Positions 37,454 through 47,908 are shown, numbered from the stretch's first letter. The stretch: DNA of 64,000 bases from an uncultured SAR116 cluster alpha proteobacterium (GCA_902612965.1 CACMFN010000002.1:30456-94455), one strand, 5' to 3'. Numbers and translations are program-made. Notes: generated by a model from the letters alone, not told the origin.

Positions 37454-38626
37454 TTGACAAATAATTTACATAAAAATGTACAAGGTGATAAAATATCTTT
37501 AGAAAATTGGAGAACTTACCCGTATAACCGGATAGCATTTTCCAAAATAGATAATATTCTACCTTATGAAGTTATTTATAAAGGAACAAAAGAAATAAGG
37601 TTTGATTCTAAAATCGAAGATATTTCATTATTAGAGTTTTCTAACAAATACAATGAAAAACAAACAATAATTGATTTTTTTGACAAGAATTTGACTGATA
37701 GTTTTCAACTTTTTAAAAAAGGAAATAAAATTTTTGAATGGTTTGGCAATTATAACCTTAGAAGTAATAGACATATTTTATTTTCTGTTTCTAAGTCACT
37801 TACTTCTCTCGCGGTCGGATTGCTTGTAGAAAATAAATTAATAGATACTAATCAAGAAATTACTTTTTATATTCCTGAAGTCAAAAATAGTGCCTTTGAC
37901 AATGCTACTATTCGTAATTTGTTAGACATGACTATTTCTACAAATTTTAAAGAAGAGTATCTTGATAAAACTGGAATGTTTAATTTATACAGGGAAGCTA
38001 CAGGGTTTAATCCAAAAATATCCAATAATAATATAGGATTGAAAGATTTCTTAAAACTTATGCCTAAAGCCAAAGAGAAACATGGTACTCATTATCATTA
38101 CTGCTCTCCTAATACAGACCTTCTAGGATGGATCATTGAAAAAGTTGCAGGAACTAGTTTTGGAAATTATTTTTCAAATGAAATATTCCAAAAATGTGGC
38201 CCCCAATATGATGCATTCATCACTTTAGACCATGAAAAATCGCCGAGAACAGCAGGTGGTATTTGCATGGTTATAGATGATTTAGCAAAAGTAGCTGAAA
38301 TGGTAAGATGCAAAGGGTCTTTTGAAAACAAACAAATTATTAAAGAAAGAACTATATCAGAACTTATTGATTATAATAATGATTATAGTTGGCCCAGCAT
38401 AGAAAAGGGAAATCTATTTCCTAATGGCTCATACCGTTCAAAATGGTATCAAACAGGCCTTGAGAATAAACAAATATATGCTAGTGGAATTCATGGCCAA
38501 AAAATTTGGATTGACCCTATTAATGAAATTTCAATTATTATGTTCTCATCAAGAAAACAGCCCCTAAGCCCAAGCTTTGAGCAAAACTTTTCATTGATGT
38601 GCTTAGAAATTTGTAAAATTTTCTAA
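37454..38626 (+). CDS. Serine hydrolase, beta-lactamase-like (NylB-like)
   Basis: FSVSKS (SxxK), LLDM, YCSPNTDLLGW, GIHGQ. Confidence 0.88.
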   Translation: MTNNLHKNVQGDKISLENWRTYPYNRIAFSKIDNILPYEVIYKGTKEIRFDSKIEDISLLEFSNKYNEKQTIIDFFDKNLTDSFQLFKKGNKIFEWFGNYNLRSNRHILFSVSKSLTSLAVGLLVENKLIDTNQEITFYIPEVKNSAFDNATIRNLLDMTISTNFKEEYLDKTGMFNLYREATGFNPKISNNNIGLKDFLKLMPKAKEKHGTHYHYCSPNTDLLGWIIEKVAGTSFGNYFSNEIFQKCGPQYDAFITLDHEKSPRTAGGICMVIDDLAKVAEMVRCKGSFENKQIIKERTISELIDYNNDYSWPSIEKGNLFPNGSYRSKWYQTGLENKQIYASGIHGQKIWIDPINEISIIMFSSRKQPLSPSFEQNFSLMCLEICKIF

Positions 38627-38722
38627 ATTAGTTTGTTTTTTTGAATTTTTATCATGAATTTTTTGCATAGTGTCATATAAGTATAAATGTTATTATTTGA
38701 TTATTAAAATGATAAAATAAAA

Positions 38723-39901
38723 TTGATTAAAATTGTAAATAAATTAATTTTTTCGCCCACATCAAGATATCCAGAAAACTGGAAGCCTGCCTATGTTGCC
38801 ATGCAATTAGGATTTATCGCCGGTGGGTTCGGATTATTGGGAAGAGATTTACTAATAATTACAACAGTTGATGCATGGAATGTTATAATTTTTTCAGAGC
38901 TTTTTTTTGCTAGTTTTATTGCTTTAGGCTTTCTTCTTCATACTTTAGGTTTTGCCCAATGGGGAATAATTATATCTTGTGTAGCAGGAATAGGTTCAGC
39001 CACGGCATTTAATTTTTTAATAGGATGGTCGACTTTCTTCCATCTTTGGTATATTAACTTAGCAATTTTAATAATCGCTGTACCGCTGAAAATTTGGCTT
39101 AAATTGAGTTTAGCATTATCATTTATAGGTGTTTATTGTTTATTCTATCTATTTTTTTCTGAAAACAAACCAATCTTTGAGATACCATCAATTACTGAAA
39201 ATATTTTAGGATTAAGTAATATATTTGGAAGTTTATTGGTTTTGGGAATGCCGATGGGAATGTACTCACTTTATTTAGAGAAAGAGAGAAATAAGTCTGA
39301 ACAACTATTACATAACATAATGCCCAAAGCAATTGCTGATAGGTTGAAGAAAACGAATGAGACTATATCTATAGACAATCCCGAAATATCAGTTTTGTTC
39401 GCTGATATAGTAAATTTTACTGTAATGTCAGAAAAACTTTCAGCAGAAAATATTGTTGGATTTTTAGATGATATGTTCTCTAAGTTTGATGAATTAACTG
39501 AAAAATATGAAGTAGAAAAAATAAAGACAATAGGTGATGCCTACATGGTTGTGTCAGGCCTTACTTCTGAGAACAGAAGTCATGCTTCTATTTTATTCGA
39601 ATTTGGACAAGAACTTCTAAAAATTGCTTCAAATTATAAAGATCATAAAGGTGAGCCTATAACATTAAGAATTGGAATTAATTCAGGACCTGCTGTGTCT
39701 GGTGTTATAGGCAAATCAAAATTTTCATTTGATATTTGGGGAGATACAATTAACACTGCAGCTAGGTTAGAAAGTTATGGTATACCTAGCAAAATTCATA
39801 TGTCTGAAAAAACATTCGAACTAATTAATCAAAACATCGAACACCAGAAGAAAACTATCGAAATAAAAGGAAAAGGTTTAGTGCAAACTGTCCTAATTTA
39901 G
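38723..39901 (+). CDS. Membrane-bound class III adenylate cyclase
   Basis: N-terminal TMs, SEQLLHNIMP, FADIVNFT, KIKTIGDAYM, FDIWGDTINTAARLES. Confidence 0.92.
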   Translation: MIKIVNKLIFSPTSRYPENWKPAYVAMQLGFIAGGFGLLGRDLLIITTVDAWNVIIFSELFFASFIALGFLLHTLGFAQWGIIISCVAGIGSATAFNFLIGWSTFFHLWYINLAILIIAVPLKIWLKLSLALSFIGVYCLFYLFFSENKPIFEIPSITENILGLSNIFGSLLVLGMPMGMYSLYLEKERNKSEQLLHNIMPKAIADRLKKTNETISIDNPEISVLFADIVNFTVMSEKLSAENIVGFLDDMFSKFDELTEKYEVEKIKTIGDAYMVVSGLTSENRSHASILFEFGQELLKIASNYKDHKGEPITLRIGINSGPAVSGVIGKSKFSFDIWGDTINTAARLESYGIPSKIHMSEKTFELINQNIEHQKKTIEIKGKGLVQTVLI

Positions 39902-39923
39902 GTTATCAAATTTTCTTAAAATA

Positions 39924-41537
39924 TTATTTTTTAGATGATAGTATTTTTGTAAGCCAATTAGGATCCATTTCGGGCACTGAAGAAAGAAGAAGTTTAGTAT
40001 AATCAGGATGTGGCGGAGAAAATATCTCACTCTTCATTCCTTGCTCTACAACTAATCCATTATGCATAACAACAACTTCATCTGAAATCGCTTTTACAGT
40101 AGCTATGTCATGCGTTATAAAAATGTAGGTGATACTTAATTCTTTTTGAAGTCTTAATAAGAGTTTAAGTATTCCCTCCTGTACAATCTGATCAAGTGCT
40201 GAAGTTACTTCATCACAAATGATTAAGTCAGGTTCAGCTGCTAAAGCCCTTGCGATACAAATTCTTTGTTTTTGACCACCGGATAATTCACTTGGCAATC
40301 TGTCAATGAATGTTTCATCTAATTCAATCATTTTCAAAAGATCTATAACTCTATTTGTATATTCTTTTCCTTTCATATTATGATAAAATTCTAAAGGCCT
40401 GCCAATTATGTCCCTAACGGTATGTTTAGGGTTCATTGAAGTGTCAGGTGATTGGTAAACCATCTGTATTTTTCTCAGATCTTCCTTTGATCTATCTGAA
40501 AGATTTGGTGTTAATTTTTGGCCTTGAAAAATTATCTCACCTTTGTCTGGAGGTAATAAGCCTGTAACAACTCGAGCTGTTGTTGACTTTCCAGATCCAG
40601 ATTCACCAACAATTGCAACAGTACCACCTTTTGGTACTTCAATAGATACATTTTGAAGTACCTTTGGACCAGAACCATAGGAGGCATCAATATTGTTGAT
40701 AGTTAATATTTTTTCTTTATTTTTATTTTCTTTCTTCTTTATAGAACGCACAGCCCATAAAGATTTTGTATAATCTTCTTTAGGTGTTTTAAGCATTTTG
40801 TTAGTTTCAGATTCTTCAATGGTATTCCCGTAACGGAGGACTTGTATACGATCAGCCATTTGCGCCACCACCGCCAAATCATGCGTTATATATATAGCAG
40901 CAGTATTGTGTTCTTTAACAATATTTCTAATAGTTGCTAAAACATTAACTTGGGTTGTAACATCTAAGGCAGTTGTTGGTTCATCAAAAATAATTAAATC
41001 AGGCTTTGAAGACATCGCCATTGCAGTCATTGTTCTTTGCAGCTGCCCACCAGAAACTTGATGGGGGAAACGGTCGCCAATTTCTGTAGGGTTAGGAAGT
41101 TGCATTTCCTCGTATAACGTTATTGCTTCTTGTTCAAGGGTTTCAGTCTTAGAAATTCCATGGCTTATAGAAGCTTCAATAGTCTGGTTTATGAGTCTAT
41201 GAGCAGGATTAAATGCTGCTGCTGCTGACTGCGCAACGTAAGAGAATTTTGTACCCCATAATTCTCTTTTTTCAATTTCATTCATTTTTGTTAAATCTTG
41301 GTCACCAAATAGAACAGATCCACCAGTAAATCGGCAACCAGCCCTCACAAAACCCATTGCAGCTAATCCTAAAGTAGACTTTCCAGCACCAGATTCTCCA
41401 ATCAGCCCTAATATTTCTCCACGATGAATTTGAAGATCTACCCCTTTTATAATGGGATGCCATACCTCATCGCTGTAACCCTCAATTGAAATATTTTTCA
41501 TTTCAAGCAAAATTGAATTTTCTCTATTTTTGCTCAT
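39924..41537 (-). CDS. Opp/Dpp-type ABC ATP-binding protein (two fused NBDs)
   Basis: GESGAGKS and GESGSGKS Walker A motifs, two SGGQ signatures. Confidence 0.95.
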   Translation of the reverse strand: MSKNRENSILLEMKNISIEGYSDEVWHPIIKGVDLQIHRGEILGLIGESGAGKSTLGLAAMGFVRAGCRFTGGSVLFGDQDLTKMNEIEKRELWGTKFSYVAQSAAAAFNPAHRLINQTIEASISHGISKTETLEQEAITLYEEMQLPNPTEIGDRFPHQVSGGQLQRTMTAMAMSSKPDLIIFDEPTTALDVTTQVNVLATIRNIVKEHNTAAIYITHDLAVVAQMADRIQVLRYGNTIEESETNKMLKTPKEDYTKSLWAVRSIKKKENKNKEKILTINNIDASYGSGPKVLQNVSIEVPKGGTVAIVGESGSGKSTTARVVTGLLPPDKGEIIFQGQKLTPNLSDRSKEDLRKIQMVYQSPDTSMNPKHTVRDIIGRPLEFYHNMKGKEYTNRVIDLLKMIELDETFIDRLPSELSGGQKQRICIARALAAEPDLIICDEVTSALDQIVQEGILKLLLRLQKELSITYIFITHDIATVKAISDEVVVMHNGLVVEQGMKSEIFSPPHPDYTKLLLSSVPEMDPNWLTKILSSKK

Positions 41538-42447
41538 CTTTTAAACCACTTGTTAAATATAAAAACCAGTCGACTACAAAATTTACTCCAATAGTTAAGA
41601 TCCCAATTGCAGCCGCTGGAAGAATAGGAGTTAAAGCAGCTGTTATATCATATTGGGCGTATTGAATAAGTTCACCTGTTTCTCTAACCATTGACCCCCA
41701 ATCAGCTGTTGGAGGTTGAATGCCAACACCTAAAAAAGAAAGTGATGCAATCATCAAGAATACATAACAGAATCTCAAACCAAATTCAGCTACAAGAGGG
41801 GGTAAAATATTTGGCAAGATTTCTCTTCCCATTATCCAACCAATTTTTTCTCCTCTGAGTTTTGCAGCTTCAACGTATTCCATAACTGCTACGTTCATAC
41901 CAACAGCTCTAGATAATCTAAATACTCTAGTTGAGTCTAATACAGCAATAATGATAATCAAATTAAGAGCTGTTGATCCAAAAATTGATAAAAGCATCAA
42001 AGCAAAAATAAGACTTGGAATTGCCATTAAAACATCAACAAATCGGGCTAGAAGTTGATCAACCCAACCTCTTAGTATAGCTGACAACAATCCAAGACCA
42101 CCACCTATTAAAAATGCTAGCAATGTAGTGAGAATAGCTATTCCCATGGTATTTCTAGCTCCATAAATTAGTCGGCTTAAAATATCTCTTCCTAATCGAT
42201 CCGTCCCAAAAATATGAACCTCATCCCATGGTGCATAAGGCGTTTTAAATATTTCTGCCTCTCCGTAAGGAGCAATTAAAGGGGCAAATAGAGCCACAAA
42301 AAGATAAAATACAATTATAGTCATTCCCAACCAAGCAGTGAATGGAGCTTTTTTGAGAGTGATAAAAGTTCTCTGCAAGAAAGTTCTTTTTATAAATACT
42401 GAAGCGACCTCATCTTTAGCCGAATATTGATTATCAACTTTGCTCAT
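41524..42447 (-). CDS. Opp/Dpp-type ABC permease (DppC-like)
   Basis: FGTDRLGRD, YVEAAKLRG, EILPN, QPPTADWG. Confidence 0.95.
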   Translation of the reverse strand: MSKVDNQYSAKDEVASVFIKRTFLQRTFITLKKAPFTAWLGMTIIVFYLFVALFAPLIAPYGEAEIFKTPYAPWDEVHIFGTDRLGRDILSRLIYGARNTMGIAILTTLLAFLIGGGLGLLSAILRGWVDQLLARFVDVLMAIPSLIFALMLLSIFGSTALNLIIIIAVLDSTRVFRLSRAVGMNVAVMEYVEAAKLRGEKIGWIMGREILPNILPPLVAEFGLRFCYVFLMIASLSFLGVGIQPPTADWGSMVRETGELIQYAQYDITAALTPILPAAAIGILTIGVNFVVDWFLYLTSGLKDEQK

Positions 42448-43439
42448 TTTGGATACAACAACCTTGGGTTGGTAATTATAGAAATTACATCAGCTAATAA
42501 GTTAAGAAGAATATAAGTTAGAGCGAAAACAAGTGCGCATCCTTGTACAACTGGTATATCTCGTTTGATAACTGAATCTACCATTAACTGACCAACGCCT
42601 GGATAAACAAAAACAACTTCAACAACAACAACCCCTACAATTAAATAAGCTAAATTAAATGCTATAATGTTTGAAATAGGGGCCCATGCATTAGGTAATG
42701 CATGTTTTATAATTACCTTTGATCTTGATAGCCCTTTAAGCTCAGCCATTTCAATATATGGTGAAGATAATAAGTTTATTATAGCGGCTCGCGTCATTCT
42801 CATCATATGTGCAACTGTAACTAAAGTAAGTGTTAAAGCTGGTAGGATAGAAAGATACACACGTTCTAAAAACGGTGTTGAGGACGTTACATTAGATAGT
42901 GATGGAAAAAACTGATAAATGGAGGCCAGAAAAATTATTAATATATACGCAACAAAAAATTCAGGCATAGAGATTGTAGTCAATGCGGACGCATTTACAG
43001 CGCGATCATAGAAGGTGTTTCGATAAAGGGCAGCAGTTATCCCCAATAATAAAGACAAAGGAACAGCTATAATTGCAGTCATAGCTGCTAAGAAAAAAGT
43101 GTTATATAATCTTGGCTTTAATAAACTTGTTACCGTTCTAGCAGTACTTTGCTGCGGCTGATTAGCATATGACGCGTTTCGCCCTGAAAAAGTACTACCT
43201 AAGTCCCCTTGAACAGCTGCTGTAACCCAGTTCACATATCGAATGTGGTATGGCTTATCTAATCCAAGTTCTTTTCTAAATGCTGCTACAGTTTCTTCCG
43301 TTCGCGCCTGTCCTAATTGCGCTTCAACAAAGTCACCTGGCAATAATTGAATAGAGCTGAAGATGATTAAACTAACAAAAAATAAAGAAACAATACCTAA
43401 ACCTATTCTCTTTATTAATGTACTTAAAATTGGATGCAT
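42444..43439 (-). CDS. Opp/Dpp-type ABC permease (DppB-like)
   Basis: LPGD, LGLDKP, GDLG, KHALPNA, YPGVG, RDIPVVQ, NPRL. Confidence 0.95.
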   Translation of the reverse strand: MHPILSTLIKRIGLGIVSLFFVSLIIFSSIQLLPGDFVEAQLGQARTEETVAAFRKELGLDKPYHIRYVNWVTAAVQGDLGSTFSGRNASYANQPQQSTARTVTSLLKPRLYNTFFLAAMTAIIAVPLSLLLGITAALYRNTFYDRAVNASALTTISMPEFFVAYILIIFLASIYQFFPSLSNVTSSTPFLERVYLSILPALTLTLVTVAHMMRMTRAAIINLLSSPYIEMAELKGLSRSKVIIKHALPNAWAPISNIIAFNLAYLIVGVVVVEVVFVYPGVGQLMVDSVIKRDIPVVQGCALVFALTYILLNLLADVISIITNPRLLYPK

Positions 43440-43472
43440 AAAATTTTTGGATTTATCTTTTATTTAAGAAAA

Positions 43473-43486
43473 TAACTTATCAAAAT
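43473..43486 (-). repeat. 14-bp motif copy 2 (ATTTTGATAAGTTA), extended -10-like
   Basis: Identical to 37293-37306; 33 nt upstream of the permease start. Confidence 0.5.
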
Positions 43487-43516
43487 CAGAAGAAAAGTAA
43501 ATATATATGTTAGAAG

Positions 43517-44278
43517 TTAGAATTTTGGATCTGGCACCTCTGTATTACCATCAACAGCAATGACCTGGCCACTTACAAGCCTTGACTTTGAACTCGATAA
43601 AAATAATGCCATGTCAGCAATATCGTTTGGATGAATTAACTTTTTCATTGAAGTTCCTTTGGTATAAGCTTGATAAATTTTATCTCTCGTCATGCCTTTT
43701 GACTTAACTTCTGCTTCAATTACTCTTTCCAATCTCTCGCCCTCAACCGACCCTGGACAAATTGCATTTACTTTAACATTGAAGGGACCTAACTCGATAG
43801 CTAAAGATTTCATTAGGCCAATTACACCCCATTTTGAAGTAACATATGGTGAGCGGTGACTAAATCCAAAAATTCCTGCTGTAGATGAAGTAATTATTAT
43901 TGAGCCTGATTTCTGTTTTTTCATTAAAGGAACAGTCAGTTTACAAAATAAAAAAATACCATCAATATTAACTTCGATGCATTCTTTCCATTCGGTTAAA
44001 CTAATATCCTCAATTAAAGCAGTTGGGCCTTTTATACCAGCATTTGCGCAAAGAACATCAATGGTTCCCCAGTCATTTTCTATATATTTAAAAAGTTTTT
44101 TTACTGCACTTTCATCACGTACATCAGTGTGCGATTTCTTCCATTTTTTTGGGCAATTATTGAGTTGCTCTTTATTACTGTCAGCTATCCAAACATTATC
44201 TCCATTAAAATCAAAAGCCTTAGCCATAGCCTTGCCTATGCCAGAGCCACCCGCAGTAATTAAAACATTACGAGACAT
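43517..44278 (-). CDS. SDR family oxidoreductase
   Basis: TAGGSGIG, NAG, YVTSK, NAICPG; abuts the carnitine dehydrogenase stop. Confidence 0.92.
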   Translation of the reverse strand: MSRNVLITAGGSGIGKAMAKAFDFNGDNVWIADSNKEQLNNCPKKWKKSHTDVRDESAVKKLFKYIENDWGTIDVLCANAGIKGPTALIEDISLTEWKECIEVNIDGIFLFCKLTVPLMKKQKSGSIIITSSTAGIFGFSHRSPYVTSKWGVIGLMKSLAIELGPFNVKVNAICPGSVEGERLERVIEAEVKSKGMTRDKIYQAYTKGTSMKKLIHPNDIADMALFLSSSKSRLVSGQVIAVDGNTEVPDPKF

Positions 44279-45727
44279 TTAACCTTTGTGTCCAACTGAA
44301 CGCCCAACTCCTTCAGGTAATGATAATTTTGAATGCTTTTTATAAAGTTGATCTAAATTTTCAGCTATTTTTTTACTTGGTAAACATGAAGCTCTTGTTT
44401 TAAGGCTTACATGCAAAAGCATATGCTCCCCTGTTGCAACTAAAATCCCACCATCTGTTTCTAACATATGAAAAAGTCTAAGTTTTTTTCCAGATGCTTC
44501 TAAAACTTGCGTTTTTGCTATTATTAACATCCCCTCTTTGGCTTCATTTAGATGGCGTATATGCGTCTCAACTGTGAAATAACTCTCTTTTTTTGTTTTT
44601 ATGTAGTCAACATCCATTCCCATCATTTCCATAAACTTATCAGTAGCCTGACTGCAAACTTCTAAATAATTTGTCTCATTCATATGGCCATTAACATCTG
44701 TCCATGTCTGAGGTATTTGTCGTTTTACAGTCAAATACAACTCAGCATCATGACAAAGATCAATATTTAAATCATCATTGTGTTCATTAATAGTTTTTCC
44801 AGCAGCTCTCTCAGTTGCCCTTAATGCTCGGATTATTCCAACGAGAGTATCATCTCGGCTCATTTCAAGTTCCTGAATTGATCTGCCCTTTGCTTGATTA
44901 TCAGATTGTGTTGCAATTTTCGTAACAAACTCATCCGTGAGGTCAGGAACATCCATCAATTTAGTCCATGGCCATTTTAAACAAGGACCAAACTGCTTTA
45001 AAAAATGATGCATTCCCTGTTCACCTCCAGCTAATCTCATATGCTCAAATACTCCCATTAATGCATATCTTAAACCCATGGCGTATTTCATAGCATCATC
45101 TACTTCCTCAGTTGTAGCTATATTATCATGGACGAGCCAAAGCGCCTCCCTCCAAATAGCCTCAATCAACCTGTCAGCTATATGTGCGTCAATTTCTTTT
45201 CTAACAAGAAGTGGTTTCATTCCTATGTCTTTTAAAATTTTACAACAGTCACTTGAGATATTTTTATCTGTTAATAATGATGGAACAACTTCAACTAAAG
45301 GAAGAAGGTAAACAGGGTTAAAAGGATGGCAAACAAGTATTTGCTTTGGGTTATTCGAGCCCTCGTTTAATTCTGATGGCTTAAATCCCGAAGTTGAAGA
45401 CGCTATAATTACATTACTATCACAAAATTTTTGAATTTCTTTATAAACATTCTGTTTAATATCTAATCTTTCAGGAACACTTTCTTGTATCCATTTAACT
45501 CCCTGAACAGTTTCTTCTATTGTGCTACAAAAAGCTAATTTACCTTCTTCAGGCAATGCGAAGTCATATAATGATGGAAGGCTTCGTTTTGCATTCTTCA
45601 ACATAGCATCCAGTTTTCTCTTGGCTTCCTTATCTGGATCATAGACCTTTACATCATAACCATTGAGTAAAAATCTAGAAGCCCAACCACCACCAATAAC
45701 ACCCCCACCTATAATTGCTACCTTCAT
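44279..45727 (-). CDS. lcdH: L-carnitine 3-dehydrogenase fused to a C-terminal thioesterase
   Basis: GGGVIGGGW, ESVPE, SSTSG, HPFNPVYLLPLVE, CLKWPWTKLMD; hot-dog domain WTDVNGHMNE; next to a BKACE gene. Confidence 0.88.
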   Translation of the reverse strand: MKVAIIGGGVIGGGWASRFLLNGYDVKVYDPDKEAKRKLDAMLKNAKRSLPSLYDFALPEEGKLAFCSTIEETVQGVKWIQESVPERLDIKQNVYKEIQKFCDSNVIIASSTSGFKPSELNEGSNNPKQILVCHPFNPVYLLPLVEVVPSLLTDKNISSDCCKILKDIGMKPLLVRKEIDAHIADRLIEAIWREALWLVHDNIATTEEVDDAMKYAMGLRYALMGVFEHMRLAGGEQGMHHFLKQFGPCLKWPWTKLMDVPDLTDEFVTKIATQSDNQAKGRSIQELEMSRDDTLVGIIRALRATERAAGKTINEHNDDLNIDLCHDAELYLTVKRQIPQTWTDVNGHMNETNYLEVCSQATDKFMEMMGMDVDYIKTKKESYFTVETHIRHLNEAKEGMLIIAKTQVLEASGKKLRLFHMLETDGGILVATGEHMLLHVSLKTRASCLPSKKIAENLDQLYKKHSKLSLPEGVGRSVGHKG

Positions 45728-46635
45728 TTTGGCGCCCTCTTTGTTAATTTAAGTTTTTCTCTAACCTCACTGGGTCCAATGATTTTTGCCCCAAGATTAG
45801 TAATTATTTTACATGCTCTCTCAACGAGCTGAGCATTGGTAGCCAGAACTCCTTTTTCTAGAAAAATATTATCTTCCAATCCTACTCGAACATTGCCCCC
45901 AGATAGAACAGCTGCCGCAACATAAGGCATTTGATGACGCCCAAGAGAAAACGCTGAAAATGTCCAGTTACTTGGAACATTATTTACCATTGCTAAAAGG
46001 GTATTCAAATCATCAGGAGCACCCCAAGGAACATTCATACAGAGTTGGACCATAACTGGATCTTCAATTAATCCTTCTTTGACAAGTTGCTTTGCAAACC
46101 AAAGATGCCCTGTATCAAAGGCTTCTATCTCAGGCCTTACTCCCAAATCAGTCATTTTTTTTGCCATTGCTCTCAACATACCAGGAGTATTAGTCATTAC
46201 GTAATCTGCTTCAGCAAAATTCATCGTTCCACAATCTAGGGTACAAATCTCAGGTAGACATTCCTCTAAGTGCTTTACTCTTTCAGAAGCACCAGCCATA
46301 TCAGTACCATTTTGAGAATACGGTAATGGTGATTCAGTAGAACCAAAGACCATGTCTCCACCCATTCCTGCAGTAAGGTTTAACACCACATCTGTGTCAG
46401 CTTCTCTAATGCGTTCAGTAACCTCTCTGTAGTATTCAACCTTTCTAGATGGAACCCCTGTTTCAGGATCTCTTACATGGCAATGCACTACAGCTGCCCC
46501 AGCCTTTGCAGCCTCAATTGCAGAATTTGCAATTTGTTCTGGGCTTCTTGGAACATGCTCACTTCTATCTTGAGTGCTTCCAGATCCTGTTACTGCGCAA
46601 GTTATAAAAACTTCACTATTCATATTTAGTGGCAT
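45724..46635 (-). CDS. Beta-keto acid cleavage enzyme (BKACE/DUF849), probably 3-dehydrocarnitine cleavage
   Basis: ITCAVTG, HCHVRDP, LDCGTMNF, RVGLEDN; 4-bp overlap with carnitine dehydrogenase. Confidence 0.9.
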   Translation of the reverse strand: MPLNMNSEVFITCAVTGSGSTQDRSEHVPRSPEQIANSAIEAAKAGAAVVHCHVRDPETGVPSRKVEYYREVTERIREADTDVVLNLTAGMGGDMVFGSTESPLPYSQNGTDMAGASERVKHLEECLPEICTLDCGTMNFAEADYVMTNTPGMLRAMAKKMTDLGVRPEIEAFDTGHLWFAKQLVKEGLIEDPVMVQLCMNVPWGAPDDLNTLLAMVNNVPSNWTFSAFSLGRHQMPYVAAAVLSGGNVRVGLEDNIFLEKGVLATNAQLVERACKIITNLGAKIIGPSEVREKLKLTKRAPK

Positions 46636-46699
46636 TCTTTACTCCCTTTTTGTTCAATTAAGTTAGAAATAAACTATTCAAATTTAATTGAAAGAAAAA

Positions 46700-47368
46700 T
46701 TAGACATAAGTTATGATATCTGAATTAAGCTCCATCTCTAGGTGATTAATACAGTTAAAAAGCGAAAGCGCCATTCCATTTTCATTAATTTTTATTTTTG
46801 AGTAACTAGAATTGTAAATTTGAAAATGAAAATTAGCAAATTGATCAGATGGTAGATTTAGTAATAACCTGAGCATCATAGAGATTGTTCCACCTGATGA
46901 AATAACCAAGATGTTATTTTTTCTGGTTTCTTTAAATAAATTCAAAAAAGTTTCTGCTCTTTTCTCAAACTGATCCCATGTTTCATTAACAGGGTAAGTG
47001 AATTTATTTTGTGACCAGGCCATAACTGAATTTCTAAGAAGATTAAAATGAGTTTTTTTATTATGAAGCTCCTCATATGAGAGTTCTCTTCCATTCACAA
47101 ATCCAGTTAAAATTGACTTAACATCGTATTCATTTAGTAACTGTGTTCTTTCAATATTAATTTTGTTTTCATAATTTTTTAAAATTTGCTCAGAAGTTTG
47201 TATTTGTCTTTTGAGAGTTCCAACATACATTTTATCAAAATTTAACTTTAGTTTCTTAAAATGTTCACCAAGCAGAAAACTTTGCTTCTCACCAATTTCT
47301 GATAAGTTATCATAATCTTTTTTGCCAAAAGAAGCTTGCCCATGTCTTACAAGATATATACTAGTCAT
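46700..47368 (-). CDS. Histidine phosphatase family protein
   Basis: LVRHGQASF, YDNLS, LNEYD, SSGGTI. Confidence 0.88.
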   Translation of the reverse strand: MTSIYLVRHGQASFGKKDYDNLSEIGEKQSFLLGEHFKKLKLNFDKMYVGTLKRQIQTSEQILKNYENKINIERTQLLNEYDVKSILTGFVNGRELSYEELHNKKTHFNLLRNSVMAWSQNKFTYPVNETWDQFEKRAETFLNLFKETRKNNILVISSGGTISMMLRLLLNLPSDQFANFHFQIYNSSYSKIKINENGMALSLFNCINHLEMELNSDIITYV

Positions 47369-47443
47369 TAAATTACTTATACATTAATTGAATTAAAATG
47401 AATAACAAATGATACATACGAAAGAATAAGGGTCAATTATATT

Positions 47444-47908
47444 ATGGAAAGTATTGATAAATTATTTGATAATTTTAAGAGTAAAATTGGTACTACTATC
47501 GGACAATCTGAATGGATAAATATTAACCAGAATTTAATCAACAACTTTGCCAATTTAACAATGGATAATCAATTTATTCACGTTGACCCAGAGAGAGCCT
47601 TAAAAGAAACACCCTTTGGTTCAACAATCGCTCACGGTTTTTTAATTTTATCACTCTCTACAAAATTATTTGTAGATGTAATAGGTGAAATTGAAGGAGA
47701 GAAAATGGGCATAAATTATGGATTTAATAAATTAAGATTTGTGAATCCAGTAAAATCAAATGATATGATTAGAGGTGTTTTCCAACTGAAAGAAATTACA
47801 AGACGGAACCCAAATGAAATCTTATTTACGCATGATTTAACAATTGAAATAAAAAATATTAAAAAACCTGCAATTATTTGCGAATGGTTAAATTTATCAA
47901 TTTTTTAA
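47444..47908 (+). CDS. MaoC family dehydratase (NodN-like)
   Basis: DNQFIHVDPE, TIAHGF, NYGFNKLRF. Confidence 0.9.
   Translation: MESIDKLFDNFKSKIGTTIGQSEWININQNLINNFANLTMDNQFIHVDPERALKETPFGSTIAHGFLILSLSTKLFVDVIGEIEGEKMGINYGFNKLRFVNPVKSNDMIRGVFQLKEITRRNPNEILFTHDLTIEIKNIKKPAIICEWLNLSIF

Noticed and set aside
37314..37538. 74-aa minus-strand ORF upstream of the SBP
   Set aside because: Overlaps the serine hydrolase start and looks like translated AT-rich promoter DNA
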